Positions 20,116 through 28,965 of a stretch of DNA of 62,776 bases are shown piece by piece. Both the position numbers and the translations under genes were made by a program. Below the pieces are notes generated by a model. It did no database searches, was not told where the DNA came from, and saw only the letters and a list, made by a program, of their open reading frames with translations. Source of the stretch: Candidatus Iainarchaeum sp. (lineage in GTDB: Archaea > Iainarchaeota > Iainarchaeia > Iainarchaeales > JAFCCW01); NCBI GenBank assembly GCA_017609985.1, contig JAFCCW010000005.1, positions 1 to 62,776 of the forward strand, written 5' to 3'. The stretch's first letter is position 1. Each line of letters opens with the position of its first letter.

Positions 20116-21129
20116 ATGAGTCGTATTATCTCTAGAACTGTAAAAGGCAAGAAATACTACTATTTAGAAGAGTCTTTCAAGCAGCGCCAAAAATGGGTTA
20201 AGGAAAGCGTTTACTTGGGGTCCGAAAAACCAGACAACACTCGGTTGTTGCCTGCTTTTGAAGAGTTAAAGAAAAAATGCAAGAAAAAAGAGCATGTTGT
20301 TCTTGTTCCGCCGCTAACAGAATTTATCTCAAACCAGAGAGCAGCCAAGCTGCAAAAAGCTGCAGAAAACAAGAAAGAATTTCTAAAAAAACTTACCAAA
20401 TCCCAAAGAGAGGAGTTTGTAAGAAGAGAGCGGATAACATTCATAACAGACTCCAATGCAATAGAGGGGAGCTCGCTCACATACTCTGAAACATCAAGAA
20501 TCTTAGAACAAGAAAAACAAATCAAGAAATATGAAAAAAGAAACATTATAATCACTGGCCTTGACAGAGAAGAACAAGAAGCATTAAACCTCAAAGCATG
20601 CCTTGACAGATACGATAAATACATGAAAATAAACCAAAAAATATCGCAAAAAATGATTCTGCAGCTGCATTACATTCTACTGGAAAAAATATCCGGCTAC
20701 GAACAATACCAAGGAATTTACCGGCCAGTTAAGGTTTACATTAGGGGGTCAACCCACGAGTTTCCACTACCACAAGAAGTACCTGGACTAATGAAAAAAC
20801 TAATTCAATGGCTGGCAGATAACGAGAAACTCATGCACCCTGTAGAGTTGGCTGCAAAATTCCACACAAAATTCACAGGAATCCACCCGTTCGCTGATGG
20901 AAATGGAAGAATGGCAAGGCTCCTAATGAATTACATCCTGCAACAAAAAGAATTCCCATTCACAAACATCCCACTAAAAAGAAGGCAAGCATACATGAGA
21001 ACACAGGCAGCAGGAAACAAAGAAAACTACAAACCATTCACCCAATTCCTCTCAGAAGAGCTAATAAAACAGCATTTAGGCGAACACAAGAAACCAAGCG
21101 AGCGCAGGTGGCCACAAACCACAAAATAG
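20116..21129 (+). CDS. Fic domain protein
   Basis: HPFADGNGRMAR, SNAIEG; N-terminal RTVKGKKYYYL. Confidence 0.93.
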   Translation: MSRIISRTVKGKKYYYLEESFKQRQKWVKESVYLGSEKPDNTRLLPAFEELKKKCKKKEHVVLVPPLTEFISNQRAAKLQKAAENKKEFLKKLTKSQREEFVRRERITFITDSNAIEGSSLTYSETSRILEQEKQIKKYEKRNIIITGLDREEQEALNLKACLDRYDKYMKINQKISQKMILQLHYILLEKISGYEQYQGIYRPVKVYIRGSTHEFPLPQEVPGLMKKLIQWLADNEKLMHPVELAAKFHTKFTGIHPFADGNGRMARLLMNYILQQKEFPFTNIPLKRRQAYMRTQAAGNKENYKPFTQFLSEELIKQHLGEHKKPSERRWPQTTK

Positions 21130-21154
21130 GGTCACCCAGTAACAAAACAACCAA

Positions 21155-21221
21155 TTAAAGCATTATCTCCTATACATTTCTGTGGGCAATGATGAGGTTA
21201 ACACCTACCGAGCGCGCCACT
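21155..21221 (+). repeat. Copy 3: promoter plus 5' half of the C/D sRNA
   Basis: GGCAATGATGAG followed by 25 bp identical to the sRNA (GTTAACACCTACCGAGCGCGCCACT, 21197-21221 = 21899-21923). Confidence 0.9.
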
Positions 21222-21290
21222 ATTTTAATATTATTGGCGGCAAACAGTTGATGCAAAGAAATTTATTATAGTTCCAAACTAATTATCTAA

Positions 21291-21512
21291 ATGAACAAAA
21301 CACAATTTTTCGGAGTCCTGCTTGTAATCATTGGGCTGGTTCTGCTGACAGTTTTTCCGATTTTTGGAATCGTTGCAGGAGAATGGCTTGTTAAATACTC
21401 TGTTGTCGGAGGCTGGGCTATTGCAATTGTGGGAGCAGGAATTCTAATTGTTTCATTAGTAATTGAAAGATTGGAAGACATCAAGAAAGAAAAATTCAAC
21501 AAAAATTTTTGA
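21291..21512 (+). CDS. Small two-TM membrane protein
   Basis: Two hydrophobic helices; upstream of YbjQ. Confidence 0.7.
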   Translation: MNKTQFFGVLLVIIGLVLLTVFPIFGIVAGEWLVKYSVVGGWAIAIVGAGILIVSLVIERLEDIKKEKFNKNF

Positions 21513-21521
21513 GGTGAAAAA

Positions 21522-21836
21522 ATGATTATTGTAAACACAGACTTTATTCAGGGAAAACAGATAACTGAAACACTTGGGATAGCAAAAGGAAACACTATAA
21601 GAGCAAAATGGTTTGGAAAAGACATCGTGGCAGGATTAAGACAGGTTGTCGGCGGAGAGCTAAAAGAATACACTGAAATGCTGACAGAAGCAAGAAAAGA
21701 ATCCATGCAGAGAATGGTTGAAGAAGCAGAAGCAATGCGCGCAGATGCAATAGTCAATGTAAGGTTTACAACATCGCAGGTAATGGCTTCAGCAGCAGAA
21801 ATACTTGTTTATGGAACTGCAGTAAAGTTGAAGTGA
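21522..21836 (+). CDS. YbjQ/UPF0145 heavy-metal-binding-like protein
   Basis: DIVAGLRQVVGGELKEYTEML..AR, ADAIVNVRF, YGTAV. Confidence 0.92.
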   Translation: MIIVNTDFIQGKQITETLGIAKGNTIRAKWFGKDIVAGLRQVVGGELKEYTEMLTEARKESMQRMVEEAEAMRADAIVNVRFTTSQVMASAAEILVYGTAVKLK

Positions 21837-21886
21837 AAAACAGGAAAGGCAAGAATATTAAGCATTACCTCTAATAAAATTTATTA

Positions 21887-21955
21887 GGCAATGACGAAGT
21901 TAACACCTACCGAGCGCGCCACTCGTGCTGTGACGAAACAACTCAACACCGAGCC
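21887..21955 (+). ncRNA. Box C/D methylation-guide sRNA
   Basis: GGC/GCC terminal stem, C box ATGACGA, 12-nt guide, D' CCGA, GC hairpin, C' GTGACGA, 12-nt guide, D CCGA; TTAAG ~28 nt upstream. Confidence 0.8.
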
Positions 21956-22066
21956 AAATATTTATGTTCTGCTGAAAGCGGAACGATGTATGCAGCATTG
22001 CCTGATGCAACAGGCGCTCAACACCGCGCCTATTAGTTTTTAAAAAAAACAACAGGCTAGCCAAGA

Positions 22067-22576
22067 TTGGAGAATAATAAAATGAAACCTACTAATAAAA
22101 CAAGAAGAAGGAAACTCCGCAGGGAGCCTGATAAAGTGCATATTGCCAAAGGCTGGTGGCAGGGGCATTCCATATTCCTCAGCCCCGCGCTGTTAATCAG
22201 AAAGGGCAGGTCAGAGATTCGTGGCATAAAGTCAAGAGTTGATTTTCCTGGAAATTATGGGAGAAAATTTAAAAGAGGCGAGAAAGTGCTTCAGCTATAT
22301 CTTAATTCAACAAACCCAAGGGAAACAATTGAACTCATGAAAAAGTTTGAAGAAAGCAGGGAAGAACTGAGGAAAGCAGGATATGCAGGATTTTTTGCAG
22401 ACACCCCAAACCAGGTTGTTGCAAACGCTCTTGAAAGAAGAGGGATGGAAAAAGTGAGAACACACTGGGGCATAAGAGCAGTTAACAAGTATTTGTATGC
22501 AAACGATATAGTGCTCTCAGGATTTCCAGCAAGGCATATTTTGGGAAGAATGAGACGCCTTGTTTCAAAACTTTGA
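22067..22576 (+). CDS. Hypothetical basic protein
   Basis: 169-aa Arg/Lys-rich ORF with no recognised motif. Confidence 0.55.
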   Translation: MENNKMKPTNKTRRRKLRREPDKVHIAKGWWQGHSIFLSPALLIRKGRSEIRGIKSRVDFPGNYGRKFKRGEKVLQLYLNSTNPRETIELMKKFEESREELRKAGYAGFFADTPNQVVANALERRGMEKVRTHWGIRAVNKYLYANDIVLSGFPARHILGRMRRLVSKL

Positions 22577-23659
22577 ACCTGAAAGAAACTTTTTTTCAGA
22601 GAACTTTCCTTCAATTATTGATTCCCTTATTTCATTCATCAGATTGTGAACAAAAAACAGGTTGTGGAGAGAAAGCCACTTGCGTGCATTCTCTTCCTTT
22701 GTTCGGAACAAGTGGTGGAGATAAGCGCGGGAATGAGTAGCACAAACAGGGCAATCGCATTTGCTATCAAGCGGCTTTAAGTCAAATCTGTAACGCGCAG
22801 CATCAATGTTAATGTTTCCCTTACTTGAAAAAGCCCGGCCATGCCTTGCTGTTCGCGTTGGAAACGCAGAGTCAAAACAGTCAACTCCAAGAGAAACAGC
22901 TTTCACTAGCTCGCGGATTGAACCAACACCCATTAGATAGCGCGGCTTGTTTTCGGGAAGCAGAGGAATAGTATGCTCTACTGTCTTAATCATCTTGGAG
23001 AGAGATTCTCCAATCGCAAGCCCGCCAATTGCATAACCGTCAAAGTCAAGGGAAGCAATCTGGTTAGTGCTTTTAGTGCGAAGCTTTTTGTCTGTTCCGC
23101 CTTGAGAGATTCCAAAGAGAAGCTGTTTCTTGTTCTTGTGAACTTTTTTGCAGCGCTCTGCCCACTGAAAGGTGCGCTCTGAAGATTCACGAAGGCGATT
23201 GAGAGAAGAACCTGCAGTCGGAACATCATCAAGGCACATTGCAACATCGCTTGAAAGCGTGTTCTGGATTTTGATAGATTGCTCTGGAGAAAAAATAGAT
23301 TTTGTTCCAGTGAATGGATTGCGAAAGAGAACACCGTCTTCCTCAAGCTTGAGACAAAAGTCTGGACTCAAAACCTGGAATCCGCCAGAGTCAGTAAACA
23401 GACTTTTTTTCCAGGACATGAACTTGTGTAAGCCGCCTGCTTTTTTGATTACTTCAAGACCAGGCTTCATTGAAAGAATGAAAGCATTCGAGATAATACA
23501 TTGGGTTCCTGCAGAAAAAACTTCTTCGTGAGAGAGAAGCTTGACGCTTCCCTTTGTTGCAACAGGCATGAAGAAAGGCGTTTGGATTTTTGAGTGAGCT
23601 GTTTCTAAAATTCCAGCCCTGGCTTTTCCAGATTTTGCCTGAATTTTAAAGGATTTCAT
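22565..23659 (-). CDS. tgt: tRNA-guanine transglycosylase, bacterial/queuine type
   Basis: TPFFMPVAT, TDSGGFQ, QGG, GGLAIGE, PRYLMGVG, CDCPVC...H zinc site; no PUA extension. Confidence 0.92.
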   Translation of the reverse strand: MKSFKIQAKSGKARAGILETAHSKIQTPFFMPVATKGSVKLLSHEEVFSAGTQCIISNAFILSMKPGLEVIKKAGGLHKFMSWKKSLFTDSGGFQVLSPDFCLKLEEDGVLFRNPFTGTKSIFSPEQSIKIQNTLSSDVAMCLDDVPTAGSSLNRLRESSERTFQWAERCKKVHKNKKQLLFGISQGGTDKKLRTKSTNQIASLDFDGYAIGGLAIGESLSKMIKTVEHTIPLLPENKPRYLMGVGSIRELVKAVSLGVDCFDSAFPTRTARHGRAFSSKGNINIDAARYRFDLKPLDSKCDCPVCATHSRAYLHHLFRTKEENARKWLSLHNLFFVHNLMNEIRESIIEGKFSEKKFLSGSKF

Positions 23660-23706
23660 GCAATAATTGAATGAAAAAATATTAATAAACTGAAAATACT
23701 AGTTTA

Positions 23707-23934
23707 TTGGTTTGGATGAATTTATGGAAAAGAACAAAAGCGCATTTGAGAAGATGGTGGGCCGGAGACCAGAATGTTAAAAGTCATCCAGACTATTTTG
23801 AAGTAATACAAAGAGTATCTGACAGAAATCAGAGTGAAGGTGGGCCAAAAATTGATGCAAAAAAAGCAAGAGAAATGCATGCTGTGATTGAAAGAAAAAG
23901 AGAAATGAGAAAAAGAAGAAGGAGACCAAGATGA
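23707..23934 (+). CDS. Hypothetical protein
   Basis: 75-aa ORF overlapping the next start (ATGA). Confidence 0.5.
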   Translation: MVWMNLWKRTKAHLRRWWAGDQNVKSHPDYFEVIQRVSDRNQSEGGPKIDAKKAREMHAVIERKREMRKRRRRPR

Positions 23935-24623
23935 GCATTACATTAAATTTTTCAGAACAGGAAAAGAAAAAAGTCAGTAAGCTTGTGGAAGAACTTGAGC
24001 CACTGCAGTTGACAAACGAGTATATGGAAGCAAGAGGAAAAGCAGGCGGTTGCGCAGTAACACTTTACAGTTCAGGAAAACTTCTTATTCAGGGAGGAGA
24101 AGAGAAAAGAGTAAGAGACCGAATATTGAAAGAAATGAATTTGGGAGAAGAGATTGTTCTGGGAATAGACGAGACCGGGAGAGGAGAAGACCATGGCCCT
24201 CTTGTTGTAACCGGAGTCCTTGCAGACAAAAACAAGGTAAGAGAAGCAAGAGATAGCAAGAAGATTGTAAGAGAAAAGATAGATGAAAAAGCAGAGCTTG
24301 TGAAAAAAAAAGCAATCGCTATCAAGACTGTTGTTGTAAAAGCAAAAGAGATTGATGAAAGAAGAAGAAAAGGAGAGACAATGAATTCAATTCAGGCAAA
24401 AGCCATTGACGGGATAGTTGAAGAAATGAGGGGGATTGGCCTTAAATTCAAAGTAAAGATTGATGGTGGCAGGCTACCGGTGAAAAGCAAGAATGTGCAG
24501 TTCATCAAAAAGGGAGACGACAAAGAGCCAGTAATTGGAGCAGCAAGCATTGTTGCAAAATGTGAAAGAAATAATTCAAAAGACAAGGAAACAAGAAAAA
24601 GCTGGAAGTCAGCGAAAAAATAA
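23931..24623 (+). CDS. Ribonuclease HII/HIII-family protein with N-terminal TBP-like segment
   Basis: GIDETGRG, DSKK, KGDD...GAASIVAK; N-terminal VTLYSSGKLLIQG. Confidence 0.85.
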   Translation: MSITLNFSEQEKKKVSKLVEELEPLQLTNEYMEARGKAGGCAVTLYSSGKLLIQGGEEKRVRDRILKEMNLGEEIVLGIDETGRGEDHGPLVVTGVLADKNKVREARDSKKIVREKIDEKAELVKKKAIAIKTVVVKAKEIDERRRKGETMNSIQAKAIDGIVEEMRGIGLKFKVKIDGGRLPVKSKNVQFIKKGDDKEPVIGAASIVAKCERNNSKDKETRKSWKSAKK

Positions 24624-25361
24624 AGAAGTGTTCTCAAAAGTTTTTTTTTCAATTTCTTCGAGACTCGTATTTTTTAGTTCAGCTGTTTTTTCTGCAAGAA
24701 GCGGAATCCATGAAGGAGCAGATTCTTTACCCCTGAACCGGGTTGGAGCATCAGTCTCAAGCATCAGGCTAGAGAGGGAAATTTCAGAAACAATTCTTTG
24801 AACTGGGGAGTTGTGAAGAAGAAGTGGAGAGACACTGATTGAATAGCCAAAAGAAACAGCTTTTTGAGAAAGTTCAAGAGAAGAAGTAAACCAGTGCATT
24901 AAGACTCGCGAACAGCCAGCTTGCTTCAAAATTTTAAGACATTTTTCTTCCGCTCCGCGAGAATGAACAACAATTGGAAGATCATTGGCAAGAGCAAGAG
25001 AAATAAATTTTGAAAAACTCTCAAGCTGACGACTGCGCTGAACAGGTGTCTTGGCGTGAGTAAAATCAAGCCCTGTTTCTCCAACAGCAGAACAGGAAGA
25101 AATGTTTTCTTCTATAAAAGAGAAAGAAGAAAGAAAATCTTTTTTTGAGAGGGATTGGGTTTCAGAGGGGTGGAGGGCAAGACAGCACTCTACTTGGGAC
25201 ATTTGTCCCAAAACAATATTTTTGGAAACCGACTCAGGAGAAGTAGCACAAGAAACTATAAGGCGAACATTCTTTTTTTCTGCATCTGCCAAAACTTTTT
25301 CCGGATTTTCAAACCAGTCAAGATGACAGTGCGCATCAGCGTAAGCCAAATCAGTCACCAA
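24609..25361 (-). CDS. tatD: TatD family hydrolase
   Basis: DAHCHL, GETGLD, VHSR, ETDAP. Confidence 0.92.
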   Translation of the reverse strand: MVTDLAYADAHCHLDWFENPEKVLADAEKKNVRLIVSCATSPESVSKNIVLGQMSQVECCLALHPSETQSLSKKDFLSSFSFIEENISSCSAVGETGLDFTHAKTPVQRSRQLESFSKFISLALANDLPIVVHSRGAEEKCLKILKQAGCSRVLMHWFTSSLELSQKAVSFGYSISVSPLLLHNSPVQRIVSEISLSSLMLETDAPTRFRGKESAPSWIPLLAEKTAELKNTSLEEIEKKTFENTSLFFR

Positions 25362-25896
25362 AAATATTTATTCCTGTTTTAAGAGATTCAATTTCTTTTT
25401 CTGAAAGTTTTTTTTCTTTCACGTCTTTTCCAAGAAGAACAGAATTTCCAAAGGGATCAAGCAATTCAACAGTAAACTTTTTTTTACCGTTCTTTGCTGC
25501 AGAAATTTCTTCCCCAACAGTCTCAGCATTCTCAGATTCAGGCATCGCCTTTAGAACTGACTGAATTCTGTTAAGCAAACCCTCTAAATTAGATACATAA
25601 CCTTCTGAGAGCGGACCTGGTTCAATCTCAACACCTAATTCTTTTATTCTAATTGTAGAACTTGAAGATCGAATAATGCGGGTCCGCATTTTCTCAGGAG
25701 AATCTACAACCAAAGAATATTTTTTTGGTTCATGAAATTCAGAAGGCATCACATCGCTGAGTTTGAATCCACAGTGACTGCAAGAGAGAGTGGTAAAGAG
25801 AGTCTCCCCAAAATTGGGAACATCTCTTATAAGATTCAACATAACTGCTTTCTTTCCGCAATCGGGACAATCAATTGAGGTTTCTTTCGGTTCCAT
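25351..25896 (-). CDS. ZPR1-related zinc finger protein
   Basis: CPDCG...PNFGE...CSHCG, EPGP..EG..SNLEG, DPFGNS. Confidence 0.9.
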   Translation of the reverse strand: MEPKETSIDCPDCGKKAVMLNLIRDVPNFGETLFTTLSCSHCGFKLSDVMPSEFHEPKKYSLVVDSPEKMRTRIIRSSSSTIRIKELGVEIEPGPLSEGYVSNLEGLLNRIQSVLKAMPESENAETVGEEISAAKNGKKKFTVELLDPFGNSVLLGKDVKEKKLSEKEIESLKTGINIFGD

Positions 25897-25920
25897 GAAA
25901 AAAAAACTATTGCAAAGTTT

Positions 25921-26382
25921 TTAATGGGCTTTCCCTGCATGATAGACAAGATTATGGATTTTTTTCTGAAGCTGTTCGTCCTCTTTAGAAAAATCAGTTT
26001 CCTGAACAGGCTTTTTTTTAAGTGAAAGCCTTTCTTCAATAGATGCAAGTCTTTCATCAAGTGCAGCAACCTCAATCTTTATTTCCTGTCTAAAATCAGA
26101 CAACATTTGAACTTTTCCAAAAATATTTTCCTGCTCAAGCCGTTTTTCAATCAGTTCTGACCTGCCAACCACTGGTTTGAAGTCTTTTGAATTAGAAATT
26201 GAATGAGTCTGTTTGCTTGGAGCAGAAGCAATAAATTCATCTGCCCGGGCTCTAGCAGCAACAATATCTTCTTTTTTGCTCGGCTCAGAACCAGAAGCTA
26301 TGGAAAGCAGGATATTCCCGATTAAAAGGGCAATAATCAAAACTATAAGAAAAACTGTGGTTATAAGCAATACATCCCCCAA
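25921..26382 (-). CDS. Hypothetical membrane-anchored coiled-coil protein
   Basis: N-terminal TM helix, C-terminal coiled coil. Confidence 0.6.
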   Translation of the reverse strand: MGDVLLITTVFLIVLIIALLIGNILLSIASGSEPSKKEDIVAARARADEFIASAPSKQTHSISNSKDFKPVVGRSELIEKRLEQENIFGKVQMLSDFRQEIKIEVAALDERLASIEERLSLKKKPVQETDFSKEDEQLQKKIHNLVYHAGKAH

Positions 26383-26423
26383 AATACTAACTATTACGCA
26401 AGCATTTTAATCCTTTTTATAGA

Positions 26424-27830
26424 TTGATTCATAAGGCTGATTTCATGGCAGAAAAGAAAGCTGAAAAAGCAAAACCGAAAAAAACAGAAAATAACAGACC
26501 AGAGTCAGCAAAAAAGCAGGCTGTTGAAAACAAGCCCAAGCCAAAAGAAATTAATAAGAAAGAAAAAACAAAAATAGAAAAAGAAGAAAAAACAAAAAAA
26601 GAAGAAATAGAAACAAAAGAAAAAAAAGAAGAAGAAACAAAAAAGGAAAACTCGGTAAAAGAAGAGAAAGAAAAGAAATCAAAAAAACCTGTTTCTGAAC
26701 AAAAGTTTCCATTTGCACTAAAAATAATTGCAATAGTTTTTGTTGCAAGCATTATTATTTTCTCGTTTGCTTTGCTTAAACAACCAGACAAAATAAAAAA
26801 TGAAACACCAGAACCAGGAGAAAAACTTTCAGAAATCTATTTAATAAAACCAGACAATTGCGCTGTCTGCAACCAAGGCCACTCATTAATAGAACTCCTA
26901 AAACTTAATGGGCAAAGCTTTAAGATATTCAATGTGTCTGCAGATTCCAATGTCGGGAAAAATATTATTGAAGAAAAAAAAATTAAAGAGCTTCCAAGCA
27001 TAATAATTCACAGAGACCAGACAAGCAACCTGTGGATTAAAGATCCTGAAGGAAAAAATGTTATGCTTCAACCAATACTGGACAATCTTGTTTCAAAAGG
27101 AGAAATAGGAATGGAAAAGTGGAACTATATTATTCCTCCAGGCGTATTTGATGAAGCCACATACTTTATAGAACTTGTCGGAGAAGAATGCAATTCCCCA
27201 GAACCTGGAAAAAAAGCATTGGTTGACATCTTTGCAGACCCATACGACCCAAGCAGCATTAAAATGTGGAGAGATGAAAAAGAAATATTTGCATTTTTTA
27301 AAGATGAGGTTAAATTTAACTGGTATTTTATAACAAGTCAGTCAGCCATAATGTACAATGACTTCAACAAAGATGTGGTAAAGCTCGCGGGCGCATATAT
27401 GCAGTGCGCATCCAAGCTTGACAAATACACTCAATTCAAGTATGCATTCTACGACATATATTGTGACCAGGATAATGACGGAGAAGCAGAGCCCGCAGAA
27501 ATAGATTTGTGTGCAGAAAGTGGAAGCCCGCATTATGGAGTTCCACTGTCCATTGAAGAGTTGGATGCTACAGTAGAAAAAGCAAAACTTGACTCAGATT
27601 TTATGAAAGAATGTGTAGACTCTTTTGAAAACCAGTTTGCTCAAAACGAACTCCTCGCAATATCTCTTGTGATAAGGCAGACTCCGACAACAATTGTTAA
27701 CTGTAAGTATAAGTCCTCTGAAGAAAAGGTGGGTTCAGCACTCTGCTGGCTTGAGCCAGAATTAAAAGGCTGCAATTCAGACAACCTGCAAGTCAACACT
27801 GATTTAATAATTCCTGAAACTCAAGAGTAA
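26424..27830 (+). CDS. Membrane-anchored thioredoxin/DsbA-like protein with K/E-rich N-terminus
   Basis: Low-complexity N-terminus, TM helix, CAVC, ELPS, QTPTTIVNC. Confidence 0.6.
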   Translation: MIHKADFMAEKKAEKAKPKKTENNRPESAKKQAVENKPKPKEINKKEKTKIEKEEKTKKEEIETKEKKEEETKKENSVKEEKEKKSKKPVSEQKFPFALKIIAIVFVASIIIFSFALLKQPDKIKNETPEPGEKLSEIYLIKPDNCAVCNQGHSLIELLKLNGQSFKIFNVSADSNVGKNIIEEKKIKELPSIIIHRDQTSNLWIKDPEGKNVMLQPILDNLVSKGEIGMEKWNYIIPPGVFDEATYFIELVGEECNSPEPGKKALVDIFADPYDPSSIKMWRDEKEIFAFFKDEVKFNWYFITSQSAIMYNDFNKDVVKLAGAYMQCASKLDKYTQFKYAFYDIYCDQDNDGEAEPAEIDLCAESGSPHYGVPLSIEELDATVEKAKLDSDFMKECVDSFENQFAQNELLAISLVIRQTPTTIVNCKYKSSEEKVGSALCWLEPELKGCNSDNLQVNTDLIIPETQE

Positions 27831-28299
27831 ACTCTTTTGCTGTTTTCTTGGATTCAATCACCAAAAAAAATTCATCGTTTTTTGTGTCGGCTGCAGAAGT
27901 GTAATTAAAAGAACCAGCAATTACTTTTTTTCCGTCAATAACTGCAAACTTGTTGTGCATCAAACCGGAAGACTTTTTTGCACAGGCTGAGATTCCAATC
28001 TCCTGTACTGCAGAAAAAAGAGAGTACTGAGAACGTGACTGAGAATAGTCACAAACAAGCCTCACCCTGACACCTCGCGCAGAAGCCCGTGCAAGAGCAT
28101 TGGCTAATTTATCAGAAGTAAAAGAATAAACTGCAACATCGATTGATTCCTGTGCTAAATCAAATTCTGAAACAATAACCTCAGAACAATTGTCTTCAGG
28201 ACAAAAAAAAGTTTTTATGCCTTGTTCACAGGAAGGGCACTCAAGACAGCCTGAAAAGATGGCTAACACAAGCAAAGCTAAACCAACTCTCCCAAGCAT
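27793..28299 (-). CDS. Phospholipase D/Nuc-family protein (single HKD)
   Basis: MHNKFAVIDG...GSFNYT; lipobox-like FSGC. Confidence 0.88.
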   Translation of the reverse strand: MLGRVGLALLVLAIFSGCLECPSCEQGIKTFFCPEDNCSEVIVSEFDLAQESIDVAVYSFTSDKLANALARASARGVRVRLVCDYSQSRSQYSLFSAVQEIGISACAKKSSGLMHNKFAVIDGKKVIAGSFNYTSAADTKNDEFFLVIESKKTAKEFTLEFQELLNQC

Positions 28300-28351
28300 A
28301 AAAGTACTTTGTTGGGAAAAACTTTTAACAGTTAGGACTACAGCAATATTT

Positions 28352-28933
28352 ATGAAAAAATTTTATTTAAATGAAAAAGAATTTGAAGTTCTTGAAGGAG
28401 TATATGAACCAGCAGAAGACTCGTTTCTTCTTGCAGAAGCGGTTAAGGCAGAGGCTGGCTGGAAATGTCTTGACCTGGGAACAGGCTCTGGAATTCAGGC
28501 AGTAAATATGGCTGAGCAGGGAGCAGAAGTTGTTGCATCAGATGTTAATGAAAATGCTCTGGACAATGCAGAACTAAACATGAAAAAGATTGGCTTGGAA
28601 AAAAAGATTGAAACAAGGAAGTCCAATCTTTTTGAGAAAATACCGGAAAAATTTGACTGCATTGTATTCAACCCACCCTATGTTCCGGGAAACAGAGAAG
28701 AGTGGAAAGACACAGACGGCGGAGAGCGCGGGAGGCAAGTACTGGACAGATTTATTGAAGAGACAGGAAAACATCTAAAAGAAAAAGGAGTCTGTTATTT
28801 TTTGCAGAGTTCGTTAAATAAATTTGAAGAAACCAAAGAAATGTTAATGAAAAAAAAGATGTGGTTTGAAGAAGTTGCTCGCAGAAAACTTTTTTTTGAA
28901 GAGCTTATTGTGTTCAAGTGTTGGAATAAATAA
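28352..28933 (+). CDS. HemK2/MTQ2 protein-glutamine methyltransferase
   Basis: VYEPAEDSFLL, DLGTGSG, FNPPY, GG..GR. Confidence 0.9.
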   Translation: MKKFYLNEKEFEVLEGVYEPAEDSFLLAEAVKAEAGWKCLDLGTGSGIQAVNMAEQGAEVVASDVNENALDNAELNMKKIGLEKKIETRKSNLFEKIPEKFDCIVFNPPYVPGNREEWKDTDGGERGRQVLDRFIEETGKHLKEKGVCYFLQSSLNKFEETKEMLMKKKMWFEEVARRKLFFEELIVFKCWNK

Positions 28934-28965
28934 AGCTTTTAAACTCGTTCAAACCAATTGTTTTT

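Noticed and set aside
15438-21955. Canonical integron attC array
   Set aside because: No clear RYYYAAC/GTTRRRY pair and no IntI nearby; the repeats are better explained as pieces of the C/D sRNA gene. Only the analogy is kept.
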